A stretch of DNA of 52,398 bases from Candidatus Peribacteria bacterium (GCA_943349045.1 CALQZC010000002.1:1-52398); one strand, 5' to 3'; shown: positions 17,048-26,876, counted from the stretch's first letter. A program made the numbers and translations. The notes: generated by a model not told the origin, from the letters alone.

Positions 17048-17985
17048 CCAAACACGACCTTCAGCTCCTCATTCATCGAGAGAACTTTTTCACGTGCGGC
17101 AGCGGCATACTCCGCCTCGCCAAATGTCTTAGACGACTCGTACGCGAAGATCACATCACGCGAAGAGTTAACGATGGCACCCATGCCGCCAGCATTAAAA
17201 CATGGTAACACATCCTCAACGGTACCACCCTGTGCGCCAAAACCTGGAACAAGGAAGATCGTTTCTGGCATAAGGGCGCGTAGCTTCGCGGCCTGCTGGG
17301 GATAGGTCGCACCGACAACCGCACCGACACACGAGTAACCCTCTTCGCCCACATCATCAGCACCCCACGACTCAACGAAGTGACCGACAGTTTCGTATAA
17401 AGGATGGACCTTATCACCACCGACACCGACCGCCAGATCCTGTAAATCTCCCGAGCTCTTATTCGACGTTTTCACCAAGACAAACAAACCTTTTCCATGC
17501 TTTTTCGCAACATCAATAAATGGCTTCACGCCGTCCCATCCGAGATACGGTGTCACCGTGATACTGTCCGCCTCAAACGGCGAAACGTTTTCACCGAAAA
17601 CACTCACGCTACCAAGATACGCATTCGCATAAGCCTCGGCAGTTGAACCAATATCATTTCGTTTTGCATCAGCGATCGTGACCAAACCTTTCGATTTCGC
17701 GTACTTCAAGGTATCCGCAAACGCCTGCATACCCGCCACTCCGTACATTTCATAGAACGCAATCTGTGGCTTCACCGCCGGAACCAGATCGGCAACCGCA
17801 TCGATAATCCCCTTATTGAAAAGAAAAATCGCCTCCCCTGCCGCCGCCATCGCATCCTCAGGAAATTTTGCACGTGCCGCATTTCGCACCGCCGCAGGAA
17901 TTTTTTCCAGACGTGGATCAAGACCAACGCACACGACACTTTTTTTTGCGCGAATTTTTTTGATGAGGTTGTCAGAGAAATGCAT
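17044..17985 (-). CDS. pyrF: Orotidine 5'-phosphate decarboxylase, type 2 (long form)
   Basis: 313 aa with VVCVGLDPR, ADAKRNDIGSTAEAY and FLVPGFGAQGG. Confidence 0.9.
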   Translation of the reverse strand: MHFSDNLIKKIRAKKSVVCVGLDPRLEKIPAAVRNAARAKFPEDAMAAAGEAIFLFNKGIIDAVADLVPAVKPQIAFYEMYGVAGMQAFADTLKYAKSKGLVTIADAKRNDIGSTAEAYANAYLGSVSVFGENVSPFEADSITVTPYLGWDGVKPFIDVAKKHGKGLFVLVKTSNKSSGDLQDLAVGVGGDKVHPLYETVGHFVESWGADDVGEEGYSCVGAVVGATYPQQAAKLRALMPETIFLVPGFGAQGGTVEDVLPCFNAGGMGAIVNSSRDVIFAYESSKTFGEAEYAAAAREKVLSMNEELKVVFG

Positions 17986-18003
17986 AGAAGAAAAATTATA
18001 ATA

Positions 18004-18648
18004 TTAGAGCCCCATCTTCGCCGCCCAACCCTCCGGGTCCGACTTATACTCGAGAATTTTTGCGTACTGATCGGCATCAATCATGCCACGTTCGCGAGCC
18101 ACATCCAGAAGCGTCTCGAAGTCAGTGAGAACATGAAGCTCCACACCTCCCTCATCGAGCGCCTGGTACATCTTCTCAAATCCATAGGTAAAGATTGCCA
18201 AGAGATGCACAACGTGAGCACCGCCTTCTCCGCGAAGGGCCGCAACCGTCCCAAGCGAACTCCCGCCAGTTGTCACAAGATCCTCAACCACCACGACCTC
18301 TCGGCCAGCCGGAAGTGACCCCTCAATCTGTTTACCAGTCCCGTGGTCCTTTGGTTTTGGACGAACATAAATCATCGGCATATCCGTTCGATCAGCGAGA
18401 ATCGCCGCCCACGGAATACCCGCAGTCGCCGTTCCAGAAAAATAAACCTCTCCAGTCAGGCCTAAACTCTTCCATAACTGCCGCAACCCCTCAGCAACCA
18501 AGTCTCGCTCCTTAACAAGGGACACCAAAACACGGTTATCGGTATAAATAGGTGCACGCATCCCAGACGAGTAGGTAAACGGTGGATCAAAGCTGATTTT
18601 CACCGCCTTGGCGTCGAGCAGAAGTCCAGCAATCTCACGAGCGTTCAT
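18004..18648 (-). CDS. pyrE: Orotate phosphoribosyltransferase
   Basis: PRPP-binding motif VVVVEDLVTTGGS and FTYSSGMRAPIYTDNR. I chose ATG 18648 (MNAREIAG). Confidence 0.9.
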   Translation of the reverse strand: MNAREIAGLLLDAKAVKISFDPPFTYSSGMRAPIYTDNRVLVSLVKERDLVAEGLRQLWKSLGLTGEVYFSGTATAGIPWAAILADRTDMPMIYVRPKPKDHGTGKQIEGSLPAGREVVVVEDLVTTGGSSLGTVAALRGEGGAHVVHLLAIFTYGFEKMYQALDEGGVELHVLTDFETLLDVARERGMIDADQYAKILEYKSDPEGWAAKMGL

Positions 18649-18761
18649 AGAGAGATAGGATAATAGGCTACCTGGCCGAGTATAGCGAACCCGCACCATA
18701 CTTGTAAATACCAGCGAAAAGTGGTATAATGAGATCAAATAAAATTTTAACCAAAACAAAC

Positions 18762-19046
18762 ATGAAGGCCTCAGCCCTTTCACGTCAGTCCCCCTTCGTT
18801 TATTTCTGGCTTGGTATGCTCACCGGCATTCTGCTCGTGATCGGTTCATTCATGATCCGTTCAATGGCAGACGAAGGCGCAACCTCAATTTTCCGTTCAG
18901 GTCGGGCAGTTCAAAATATGGCCCCAAGCGCAGCTCGAAGTATGGAAGCTCCGAATATGGTAAATTCACAAACAAACAGCATCAACAACCCTGACATGAA
19001 GGTTGGCATCAACAACCCTGACATGAAGGTTGGCAAGGGATATTAA
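18762..19046 (+). CDS. Small membrane protein containing a tandem 9-aa repeat
   Basis: One TM segment (FVYFWLGMLTGILLVIGSF). The C-terminus has INNPDMKVG repeated twice. The alternative start is at 18729. Confidence 0.5.
   Translation: MKASALSRQSPFVYFWLGMLTGILLVIGSFMIRSMADEGATSIFRSGRAVQNMAPSAARSMEAPNMVNSQTNSINNPDMKVGINNPDMKVGKGY
18981..19034 (+). repeat. Perfect 27-bp tandem duplication
   Basis: ATCAACAACCCTGACATGAAGGTTGGC occurs at 18981-19007 and again at 19008-19034. Confidence 0.95.
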
Positions 19047-19058
19047 TATTTCGAAAGA

Positions 19059-22000
19059 CTAGACCTTTTTCGTAGGAAAGAGACTCTTCACCCGCCGATC
19101 TGCAATAGCAAGATCAGCAATCTTCTGCTCCAGAACCGCTGCATATTGAGGAATATTTGTCTTCAATGTCGGCGGTTCTTGATCGTTCTTACCGTGAAGG
19201 TAGGAAACCAGGCCATCTTCATTGATCAACTGTGCTGCCTCGGTAGCAAGAGCCGGAATGGCACTGGCAAATGAAGCTTTTGAAGGATCTGTTGAGAGAA
19301 CGATGTCCAGAAGTTGTGGATATTGTTCTAGGCGAGACATATGTCTCATAAGACGCGCAAGGAATGGGGCAATATAGAAAGACCAGTACTCGTCGGGATT
19401 ACCCTGGGCATCAAGTGCACGATGATCATCTAAAAAAGAGGTTGTCTGATTTGGTCCGATCTCAGTTATACGACGTACCGTATCTCCAATAAAATAGTTG
19501 CATTGAGAAGTAGGGGAAAGAGAACTCGGATCATCAACTGAATTTCCATGAAATGTTGCTGCCTCGGCTACGGTAGAAAGCGCGCTCAATAAATTAACAA
19601 GGGCGACATCATGGTAAGACTTATGGAGGGGACTTCCACCGGAATTGGCAAGGTTTTTGAATGTCGTAGCAGCAAGACTTGAGTAGTGCGCCGCCCATTG
19701 GAGAATAAAGTATGAGGCAGTTGGCACAGGTATATTATTCTCATATGCTGAGAGAGTAGCACCCGGCTCATTACGCTCGATAAGTCGTGCAACCTGAGAA
19801 ATCTGTTCACGAACAGAAGGATCATTGGTTGTCTGATAATATTGAATAAGTTTAGGAAGCACGGAGCTCATGGAACTCAATGTATCAGCATAGCGTTCAG
19901 TATCTCCATATTTAATACAATCGCTTCGAGCATCAAAAAAGTACTGCATGGATGACATAAAATTCCCCAAACGTCCTTCTATAACACCAAGTGATTTGCG
20001 GGAACGATAGAGCTGGGTACGGTCTGGAACCAGTTCAGGACGAGTGCGCGCAACATCAAAGAACTTAAGATAATGCTTACGTGACTGAAGAAGATTTGCA
20101 TGCAATGAATTATCTGAAGACAGAGCAGCGAAATCGGCAGCATCATCATCTCCATAGGCAATATAGCCCTTATCATATCCATCTCCACCCGGAGCAATAA
20201 CGAGGTTCCATCCCATGTGAAAAGCGCTCGCAAAAATACGGTTCCCCTCGAGATCGACGCGCTGAAATCGAATATCATTGGCAAACTCTGGAAATGCTTT
20301 CAAGAGGCTATCTCGATTATTCGTATAGGTATCAGCATGATCATCGCACGCCTGCGCATATCGACGCATGAGGTATTCTCCGCGTAACTTATTGAACTTC
20401 GCCTTGAGATCCATAAAATCACGCTCCCCCGGAGAAAAAACCTGCTTTGCATCATCCGATAAATACTCGGCCATTCCCTTACCCCATTCATCGAGTTTTG
20501 ACACGCTCGCGAGACGCACCTTTTTATCAGAACCTCGAAGGAAGTAAAAATCGCACATGAGATCATGAAGACGTTCAATACATGCATAATCATCTTTTGC
20601 AAGCATCTGATCCTTGCCGAGACCAGCAGTTTTACCAGCATAAAAGTATCGTACTTTGTCACCAAGTGCCTCAATCTCCGTGGCATATACATTACGCTTT
20701 ACCTGCATACACTGGATAAGATCGAGCTGAAGACCAATATTTTTTCCAAAATTAAGCATCACGGGAGCCAGAGACGGCTCGCTCTTCATGTATTCATACA
20801 CCGAGAGGGCCACATCAAACTGACCGCGTGCGTAGGCATCCTTGAAGGCCTCAAGCACAAATTCTTTAACCATTTCAGGCACCTTAGCCTTGGTTGCCAT
20901 CGCATAGATAGCAAAGGGGGAACAGCGATCCAAAACAGCGAGAAAAGCATCGCGATTGGCAGCATTCTTCGGATCATCCAGATTATGTTTCAACGTATCG
21001 CGAGTGAAAAGCATATATCGCGCAATCTCTTTATAGGCCTCAGCCATCGGATTTTCCTGGGCTAGAGCCGGGTTACCAAAGATACCCTTCAAACGACGCT
21101 CATCAGCATCACGCGCAAATCCAATAGTAGCAGTAGGATGTATCTCCTCGGTACTATCAATTTTTTGAAGATTAAACACACCCTGCTTACACAACTGAGC
21201 AAAAACCATAATCAAATCAGGACGCTTCAAATGGGAACGGAAAAAATTAGCAAGAAACTGATACGTGCACTCGCCTGTTTCACGAAGGAACATGACATAC
21301 TGGAGCACCTCTCTTTGAAGAGGTTTCGTCAAAAGACGATCAACACGAGCTGCCGCCAACACGTCGGCTTCACCCATCGTTGTCCATGCAAAGAATCGAT
21401 CATCATAGGTCACATTTGAGTGTTTCACGGTGAGTACCCCCTCTTGAACCATACTATTAATCATCTCCGTCAAAAGACCCGGATTACCCTGAGCGCCACC
21501 GACAGCTTGCGCCAGACGCTCAAAGACAACCGCATCGATCGTTGTATGAGCTGGGTCAACCTTGAGGAGGCCATACACGAACGAAATGAAAAGTGGGGTT
21601 GGGACTCCATGCTTATCGAGAAATTCAAGAGGCTTAAGGGAAAGCTGACTGACATTCGGAGCACTCTGTAAAATTTGGAGAAGCTCTTGGTTCATCACCT
21701 GATCACCCGTTCGAGCCAAATTCAAAAGTGCCAAATGGCCGAGCTCACCCTGACCATCCTTGGCAAATGTCTGTTTCAAAAGATCGCACGACTCGCTATC
21801 CGCCCACTGCATATCATCCGTAACAATTAAAAAACGGCGACCGGATCTCTCTAATCGACGCAGCGCACGAGAAAGCATTTTTGGGCCCTCCTTGGCCAAT
21901 GTCGTCGCATCAAGAGCATCGAAGTTTTCGAGGGCCTTACAGCCATTGGGAAGTGGTGTATCGCCGGTAAAAACCTCTTGAGCCGCATGCAAAATCTGTT

Positions 22001-23102
22001 TTGCATAGGTTCGGAAAAATGAGAGAGAATCACCCATCCGGGTATCCTTCGCAGGAACGAAAATAATAAAAGGTGTATGTTTTGGAAGCGCCTCGACTTC
22101 TTGGTCAAACCGATCAAGGGTCTGTTTCAGGCTCTTCGGATGACTCATTGGATGATTAACAATGTAGTCTTCTTTACGTTGCGGAAGATCTTGAATCTGT
22201 TTTTGAATAGTCCGAATTGCCTTGATCATCTCCTCCGCCATTCTCGTCTTACCCATCATCGCATCACCATGCACCGTGAAACTCGAAAACATGGGCGCAT
22301 CCGCCCCCATAAATTTCGTCATCCAGTCAAGCATCCCCTTCATCTCGGTATCACGACCATACTGCTTCTCAGCACCACCAGCACGGAGTTCATTAATAAC
22401 TGATTTGAGTTCACTCAACACATAAACCGCTTTATCTCCGATGAGACCATGAGCTTTTACCTCTTTATGAACATAAATCGCGACACGAGGATGCTTCAGG
22501 AGGGAATAAAAAGTATCTGAAGTAACCACGCTCCCCGCCGTGCATCGCCGAAGCATTTGAGGAAGAGCAGCCAAAAATTTGGCATCAATAGGAGGAGTAC
22601 CACTCCCGCTCGAGTAGGTATCCAAATAAGCACGAGGGAGCGAGCAACCATGACGCTGTGAAAGTTCAGAAATCTCCGTATTTACATCAGCAAATGTGGA
22701 GGCGACACGTTCACCACTTCCATGAAAGAGCCAGAGAGACCCTCGACGTTCAACCTGAAGATGAAGCTTCTTAAAAATAGGAGCAACCTGATCTTCCGGA
22801 AGCTCGGTCTCAATACATCCCCGAGCCGCAGACGTAGAAGACATAACATCACGATGCTCCGACGCGGCCTTCGCCGCCCAAAGTTCCTCATCGCCAACGA
22901 GATCAAATGTCTCCATAGGAATAACGACCGGCAAAAAATCTTCCGGCGTTTTGCTCAGCATCGTCTCTGCTATAGGCTCCCCAGCATCTTCAAGCACATC
23001 AGCCGCCAGTCCCTCAGGAGGTAGTGGAATAACAGGTGCAAAACCAAGTTCAGCCGTCTCAGTCGCAGGTTCTGATGATGATGTCGGATCAACTACATTC
23101 AT
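19059..23102 (-). CDS. Large STAND/AAA_16-type NTPase with a degenerate class III cyclase-like N-domain and a long helical C-terminal region
   Basis: 1347 aa. It has Walker A GDAMMGKT (nt 22245-22268) and Walker B RFLIVTDDMQWADSES. Residues about 83-230 resemble a cyclase homology domain that lacks the metal-binding Asp residues. Confidence 0.7.
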   Translation of the reverse strand: MNVVDPTSSSEPATETAELGFAPVIPLPPEGLAADVLEDAGEPIAETMLSKTPEDFLPVVIPMETFDLVGDEELWAAKAASEHRDVMSSTSAARGCIETELPEDQVAPIFKKLHLQVERRGSLWLFHGSGERVASTFADVNTEISELSQRHGCSLPRAYLDTYSSGSGTPPIDAKFLAALPQMLRRCTAGSVVTSDTFYSLLKHPRVAIYVHKEVKAHGLIGDKAVYVLSELKSVINELRAGGAEKQYGRDTEMKGMLDWMTKFMGADAPMFSSFTVHGDAMMGKTRMAEEMIKAIRTIQKQIQDLPQRKEDYIVNHPMSHPKSLKQTLDRFDQEVEALPKHTPFIIFVPAKDTRMGDSLSFFRTYAKQILHAAQEVFTGDTPLPNGCKALENFDALDATTLAKEGPKMLSRALRRLERSGRRFLIVTDDMQWADSESCDLLKQTFAKDGQGELGHLALLNLARTGDQVMNQELLQILQSAPNVSQLSLKPLEFLDKHGVPTPLFISFVYGLLKVDPAHTTIDAVVFERLAQAVGGAQGNPGLLTEMINSMVQEGVLTVKHSNVTYDDRFFAWTTMGEADVLAAARVDRLLTKPLQREVLQYVMFLRETGECTYQFLANFFRSHLKRPDLIMVFAQLCKQGVFNLQKIDSTEEIHPTATIGFARDADERRLKGIFGNPALAQENPMAEAYKEIARYMLFTRDTLKHNLDDPKNAANRDAFLAVLDRCSPFAIYAMATKAKVPEMVKEFVLEAFKDAYARGQFDVALSVYEYMKSEPSLAPVMLNFGKNIGLQLDLIQCMQVKRNVYATEIEALGDKVRYFYAGKTAGLGKDQMLAKDDYACIERLHDLMCDFYFLRGSDKKVRLASVSKLDEWGKGMAEYLSDDAKQVFSPGERDFMDLKAKFNKLRGEYLMRRYAQACDDHADTYTNNRDSLLKAFPEFANDIRFQRVDLEGNRIFASAFHMGWNLVIAPGGDGYDKGYIAYGDDDAADFAALSSDNSLHANLLQSRKHYLKFFDVARTRPELVPDRTQLYRSRKSLGVIEGRLGNFMSSMQYFFDARSDCIKYGDTERYADTLSSMSSVLPKLIQYYQTTNDPSVREQISQVARLIERNEPGATLSAYENNIPVPTASYFILQWAAHYSSLAATTFKNLANSGGSPLHKSYHDVALVNLLSALSTVAEAATFHGNSVDDPSSLSPTSQCNYFIGDTVRRITEIGPNQTTSFLDDHRALDAQGNPDEYWSFYIAPFLARLMRHMSRLEQYPQLLDIVLSTDPSKASFASAIPALATEAAQLINEDGLVSYLHGKNDQEPPTLKTNIPQYAAVLEQKIADLAIADRRVKSLFPTKKV

Positions 23103-23253
23103 AACACGTCATCAATAAGGTAAAATAAAGCTAAGGAAGGAACTATACTATTTTTTATCAAAATAGCAAGGGTAAAAATAGGCATATCACCAAATTACAG
23201 CTTCAGTATGCTACTATAGTGAAAGATTTTTTTACTTTTTCACACTCCATCGT

Positions 23254-23775
23254 ATGCGGAAACAGGCTGTCATCTCTCTCGCAATTCTCAGTATTCTCGC
23301 TGCCGGCTTCGGCTGTGCCAAGGAAGCACCCGTTGCCGTTTCACCTACACCTGCTCCTGCAGTGACGCAAGATGCAACTCCAGCACCTGTTGTGACTCCA
23401 GTAGCGTCTGGCATGACCGTTGCGGACATCGGTGCAAAACTCACAAGCGCTGGACTCACCTTCACTGAAAAGGATGAAACTGAGGATGCAAAGGCACTTG
23501 CTTCCGGGAGTGCCGTAACCGTATCCACAAAATTCAAGGTAGTTGGCGGAAAAGGAACCGTTCGAGTCACCGTGATGGCACTCAACGATGTAAGTAAATC
23601 AGGAAGCATAAAGAGTGACGTCGAAGCGCAATGGGCAGCCGTAAAAAAGATCAGCAGCAAGATGAATATGCAGTTTGTGGATGTCGGTGCTGCAAACGTA
23701 CTCGTTGCGTTGAGCTACGAAAACGGCGACGAAGAAACCGCTGCAAAGGCAAAGTTGGCAGTAGCGAAAGAATAA
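23254..23775 (+). CDS. Hypothetical lipoprotein
   Basis: Lipobox LAAGFGC|A after MRKQAVISLAILSI, a Pro/Ala/Val/Thr linker, then a domain of about 120 aa with no recognised family. Confidence 0.7.
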   Translation: MRKQAVISLAILSILAAGFGCAKEAPVAVSPTPAPAVTQDATPAPVVTPVASGMTVADIGAKLTSAGLTFTEKDETEDAKALASGSAVTVSTKFKVVGGKGTVRVTVMALNDVSKSGSIKSDVEAQWAAVKKISSKMNMQFVDVGAANVLVALSYENGDEETAAKAKLAVAKE

Positions 23776-23799
23776 ACAAAGAGAAAATGCGTTTCGAAA

Positions 23800-23836
23800 G
23801 GGTCAGAATGGGAATGAAAACCACTGGCCCTTTTTT
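23800..23836 (+). terminator. Possible terminator after the lipoprotein gene
   Basis: GGGTCAG ... CTGGCCC forms a 7-bp stem with one G-U pair and a 17-nt loop, followed by TTTTTT. Confidence 0.3.
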
Positions 23837-23843
23837 GTGGACC

Positions 23844-25193
23844 CTACTGAAGAAAATCAAGCTCGCCAGCCCGACGCGAGGAAACGAATTTACCGACACC
23901 AGCGCTAGCGCCTCCAGCACCGCCACCGCTCTCATACATAACTTCACCTCCAATAATTGTCATAACCGGCCAGCCCTTCAGCGTCATGCCGTCCCACGGC
24001 GTCCACGCACACTTCGTCAGCATCTGGGCATTACTGATCTTTTTTTCCACATCCATATCGATAATCACGAGATCCGCATCATAGCCGACCTCAATTCGAC
24101 CTTTTCCCTTGATACCAAAAATCCGGGCAGGACCAGCGCTCAATAACTGCGCAACACGATCAAGATTCAAAAGTCCTTTATTCACAGCATCAAGCATGAC
24201 CGGAAGAATCGTCTCAACACCGGGAATACCCGCAGGGCAGGCCTCATACTCGGCATCTTTTTCCGACAACAAGTGGGGCGCATGATCAGAAGCGACAATA
24301 TCAACCGTGCCATCAGTAATAGCCGCCCACAAAGCCTCAACATCCGCCCGCGTTCGAATTGGAGGATTCACCTTCAACTTCAAACCAAGTTTTTCATACG
24401 ACGTATCATCAAACACCAAATGATGTGGAGTAACCTCGCACGTGACTTTATCCGTTTTGAATTTACGAATCACATCAATCTCTTCAGCCGTCGAGGCATG
24501 GGCGATATGAACACGAGCGTCATATTTTTTTGCCAAATGTAACACATGCTTCACCGCCTCTCGAGCACACTCCGAAGGACGAACCACCGAGTGAAAATCA
24601 GCACGAGACCGCGCGTCAGAACCCGCATACTCTTCAGCAAATCGAGTAAGGCACTCCTGGCTCTCAGCATGCGCCACCACCGGAAATTTTCCATAGGAAA
24701 AAATCTGTTCGAGAACTTCATCTTTACGAACGATAAGATTCCCCGTCGATTGTCCCATATAGACTTTTATACCCGGAACATTTGAAATTCGTTTGATCTC
24801 GTCAACATTATCATCCGTCGCACCGAAGAAAAATCCATAGTTCGCAAACGACTGACCATCAGCGAGTCCACGCTTTTCTGTCAGCATTTTTTTAGAAATA
24901 ATCGGCGGAACATTATTCGGCATATCGAGAAAACTCGTCACGCCACCCGAAACCGCAGCCATCGATCCCGTCGCAAAATCTTCCTTATATTCCGTTCCCG
25001 GTACACGCATGTGGACGTGAGCATCAATCACCCCAGGAAAAATAAACTTATCCTGGCAGTCAATAACTCGCGTCGCCTCTTCTCGATAATCAGCAGCAAT
25101 CTCCACAATCTTCCCTCCATTGACGACCACATCGCCCTCACGAATACCATCCATGAAAACAATTTTTCCTTTCTTCAGAAGAAGATCAGCCAT
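23844..25193 (-). CDS. pyrC: Dihydroorotase
   Basis: DAHVHMRVPG (HxH), VASDHAPH and DADLVIID amidohydrolase motifs. I chose ATG 25193 (MADLLLKKGKIV). Confidence 0.9.
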   Translation of the reverse strand: MADLLLKKGKIVFMDGIREGDVVVNGGKIVEIAADYREEATRVIDCQDKFIFPGVIDAHVHMRVPGTEYKEDFATGSMAAVSGGVTSFLDMPNNVPPIISKKMLTEKRGLADGQSFANYGFFFGATDDNVDEIKRISNVPGIKVYMGQSTGNLIVRKDEVLEQIFSYGKFPVVAHAESQECLTRFAEEYAGSDARSRADFHSVVRPSECAREAVKHVLHLAKKYDARVHIAHASTAEEIDVIRKFKTDKVTCEVTPHHLVFDDTSYEKLGLKLKVNPPIRTRADVEALWAAITDGTVDIVASDHAPHLLSEKDAEYEACPAGIPGVETILPVMLDAVNKGLLNLDRVAQLLSAGPARIFGIKGKGRIEVGYDADLVIIDMDVEKKISNAQMLTKCAWTPWDGMTLKGWPVMTIIGGEVMYESGGGAGGASAGVGKFVSSRRAGELDFLQ

Positions 25194-25194
25194 G

Positions 25195-25797
25195 TTATTT
25201 TTTTCGAGAATAAAAAGTCGCGTACAAACCAACAACAAATACCGCTCCAAGTGTATCCATCAACATATCTTTTTGTGCATCCCAAATATCACCCTGGCTT
25301 CCAAGGAATGCTAAACCTGCCTCAGGATCGCTGATAGCCGCATATCCCCACTCAATAAGTTCATAGCTCATCGCAACAAAAGCGATCGAAAAGATCGCAA
25401 AAGTATAGGCGAGGGCCCGTGACATTTTTTTCTTGGCAAGAAGATACTCGACAAGGGGAAAGGCATAGAAACCAACCGAAAAGTGACCAATCCGATCGTA
25501 CATATTTCGCTCAAATCCAAAGAGATCACTGAACCAGTCGAACGGAACAAGTTCAAAAGTATAGTGTCCACCAATCGTATGCCAGATAAGGAGGAACGAC
25601 ATGAGTACATAGGAAGTATTCGAAAATTTCACTCCCCTCACATACAAAACAGTGAGAAATGCTGCAATCGCAAAAATCGGTCCATTCTCCACATACCACA
25701 CCGCACGAGAAAACGGCTCAATCGCACCCCAGATAAAGACACCAAGGTAGAGTGCGAGAAGCGTATGCGGCAGAAAACGGAGGGGGGATTTTTTCAT
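25195..25797 (-). CDS. DUF2238 (YjdF-like) inner-membrane protein
   Basis: 200-aa polytopic protein. FSNTSYVLMSFLLIWHTIGGHYTF..VPF and FGFERNMYDRIGHF match my recollection of the DUF2238 signature. Its stop is 1 nt before the pyrC start. Confidence 0.65.
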   Translation of the reverse strand: MKKSPLRFLPHTLLALYLGVFIWGAIEPFSRAVWYVENGPIFAIAAFLTVLYVRGVKFSNTSYVLMSFLLIWHTIGGHYTFELVPFDWFSDLFGFERNMYDRIGHFSVGFYAFPLVEYLLAKKKMSRALAYTFAIFSIAFVAMSYELIEWGYAAISDPEAGLAFLGSQGDIWDAQKDMLMDTLGAVFVVGLYATFYSRKK

Positions 25798-25955
25798 GTC
25801 GACAGTATAGCACAGGAATCACCGGTGGGAGAGGTGAGCAAAAACTCACCATAGAATATTTAGATGGCTTGTCATGTAGAAATGGCTTACTGAAGTGGTT
25901 TTTCAGTCATTTTTCTGATAGAATTTTAATTCAAAATCATTCACCACACCAATCT

Positions 25956-26831
25956 ATGATCACCGCGACATCATCGACAGCAACTCCTCATCTCACCACA
26001 TTCACCGACCTCTCCATGCTCTCGGACGATCAGCTCTACTGGCAATGTGTCTATCTCGGAGCCGAAGCGAGAAAATGGCACAACAAATTTCTCGGCCTTC
26101 TCGGCGAAGTATACAAGCGAGAACTCTACCGACAAAAAGGATTCGACTCTATTTATGAATTCGCGGGCAAACTCGCAAGCGCCAGTCACGCGCAGGTAGA
26201 CGAGGCGATACGCATCGAAAAACAGATAAAAGAAAAATCGGCGCTCCTCCATCGAGCGCTAGTAGAAGGCGAAATCAGCATGCACAAACTCGCGAGAGTG
26301 GCATCAGTGGTGACGCATGAAAATGAAGAGGCGCTTCTGCATCAGGTGAAATTGTTATCAAGAAAAGGACTCGATCAGCTGGTGAGGGATATGAAAAATG
26401 AGAAGGGTGATGAACAAATTTTCTTGGACGTCCAAGAGGAATACGACGAATTTGAATTCAGTAAAGAACTGCTCAGTCGCCTCAGAGATATGAAGCAAAA
26501 AGGCATCAACCTCAATGAAGCACTCATGGAAGGCCTGAATCTACGGAAAGAAAAAATAGAAGAGCAGAAAGACGAGCTATCCCAAGAATGTGAGAAAAAA
26601 GAGGCAACTCGATACATTCCAAAAAAAATTCAAAACATTATTCGGAAACAGTACGGAAACAAATGCGCAAAACCAGGCTGTAATAAACCATGGAAAGTCA
26701 TCCACCACACGGCCCGCTTCGCCCTCACGAAATCAAACGATCCATACTACCTCGCGCCCCTCTGCAGCGCACACCACGAAATCGCCCACGCCATTGATGT
26801 GAAGGTGCAAAAACATAAGTGGAAAAAATAG
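25956..26831 (+). CDS. HNH endonuclease with DUF222-like helical N-domain (paralogue 1)
   Basis: The C-terminus CAKPGCNKPWKVIHHTARFALTKSNDPYYLAPLCSAHHEIAH is an HNH/zinc-hook motif. The N-terminus shares ARKWHNKFLG, EFA.K.. and KLARVASV blocks with ORF 43851-44699. I chose ATG 25956. Confidence 0.8.
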   Translation: MITATSSTATPHLTTFTDLSMLSDDQLYWQCVYLGAEARKWHNKFLGLLGEVYKRELYRQKGFDSIYEFAGKLASASHAQVDEAIRIEKQIKEKSALLHRALVEGEISMHKLARVASVVTHENEEALLHQVKLLSRKGLDQLVRDMKNEKGDEQIFLDVQEEYDEFEFSKELLSRLRDMKQKGINLNEALMEGLNLRKEKIEEQKDELSQECEKKEATRYIPKKIQNIIRKQYGNKCAKPGCNKPWKVIHHTARFALTKSNDPYYLAPLCSAHHEIAHAIDVKVQKHKWKK

Positions 26832-26876
26832 CGTGCCGCTATATACAAGCTGACGTGCGATCGTGACCACGCACCC

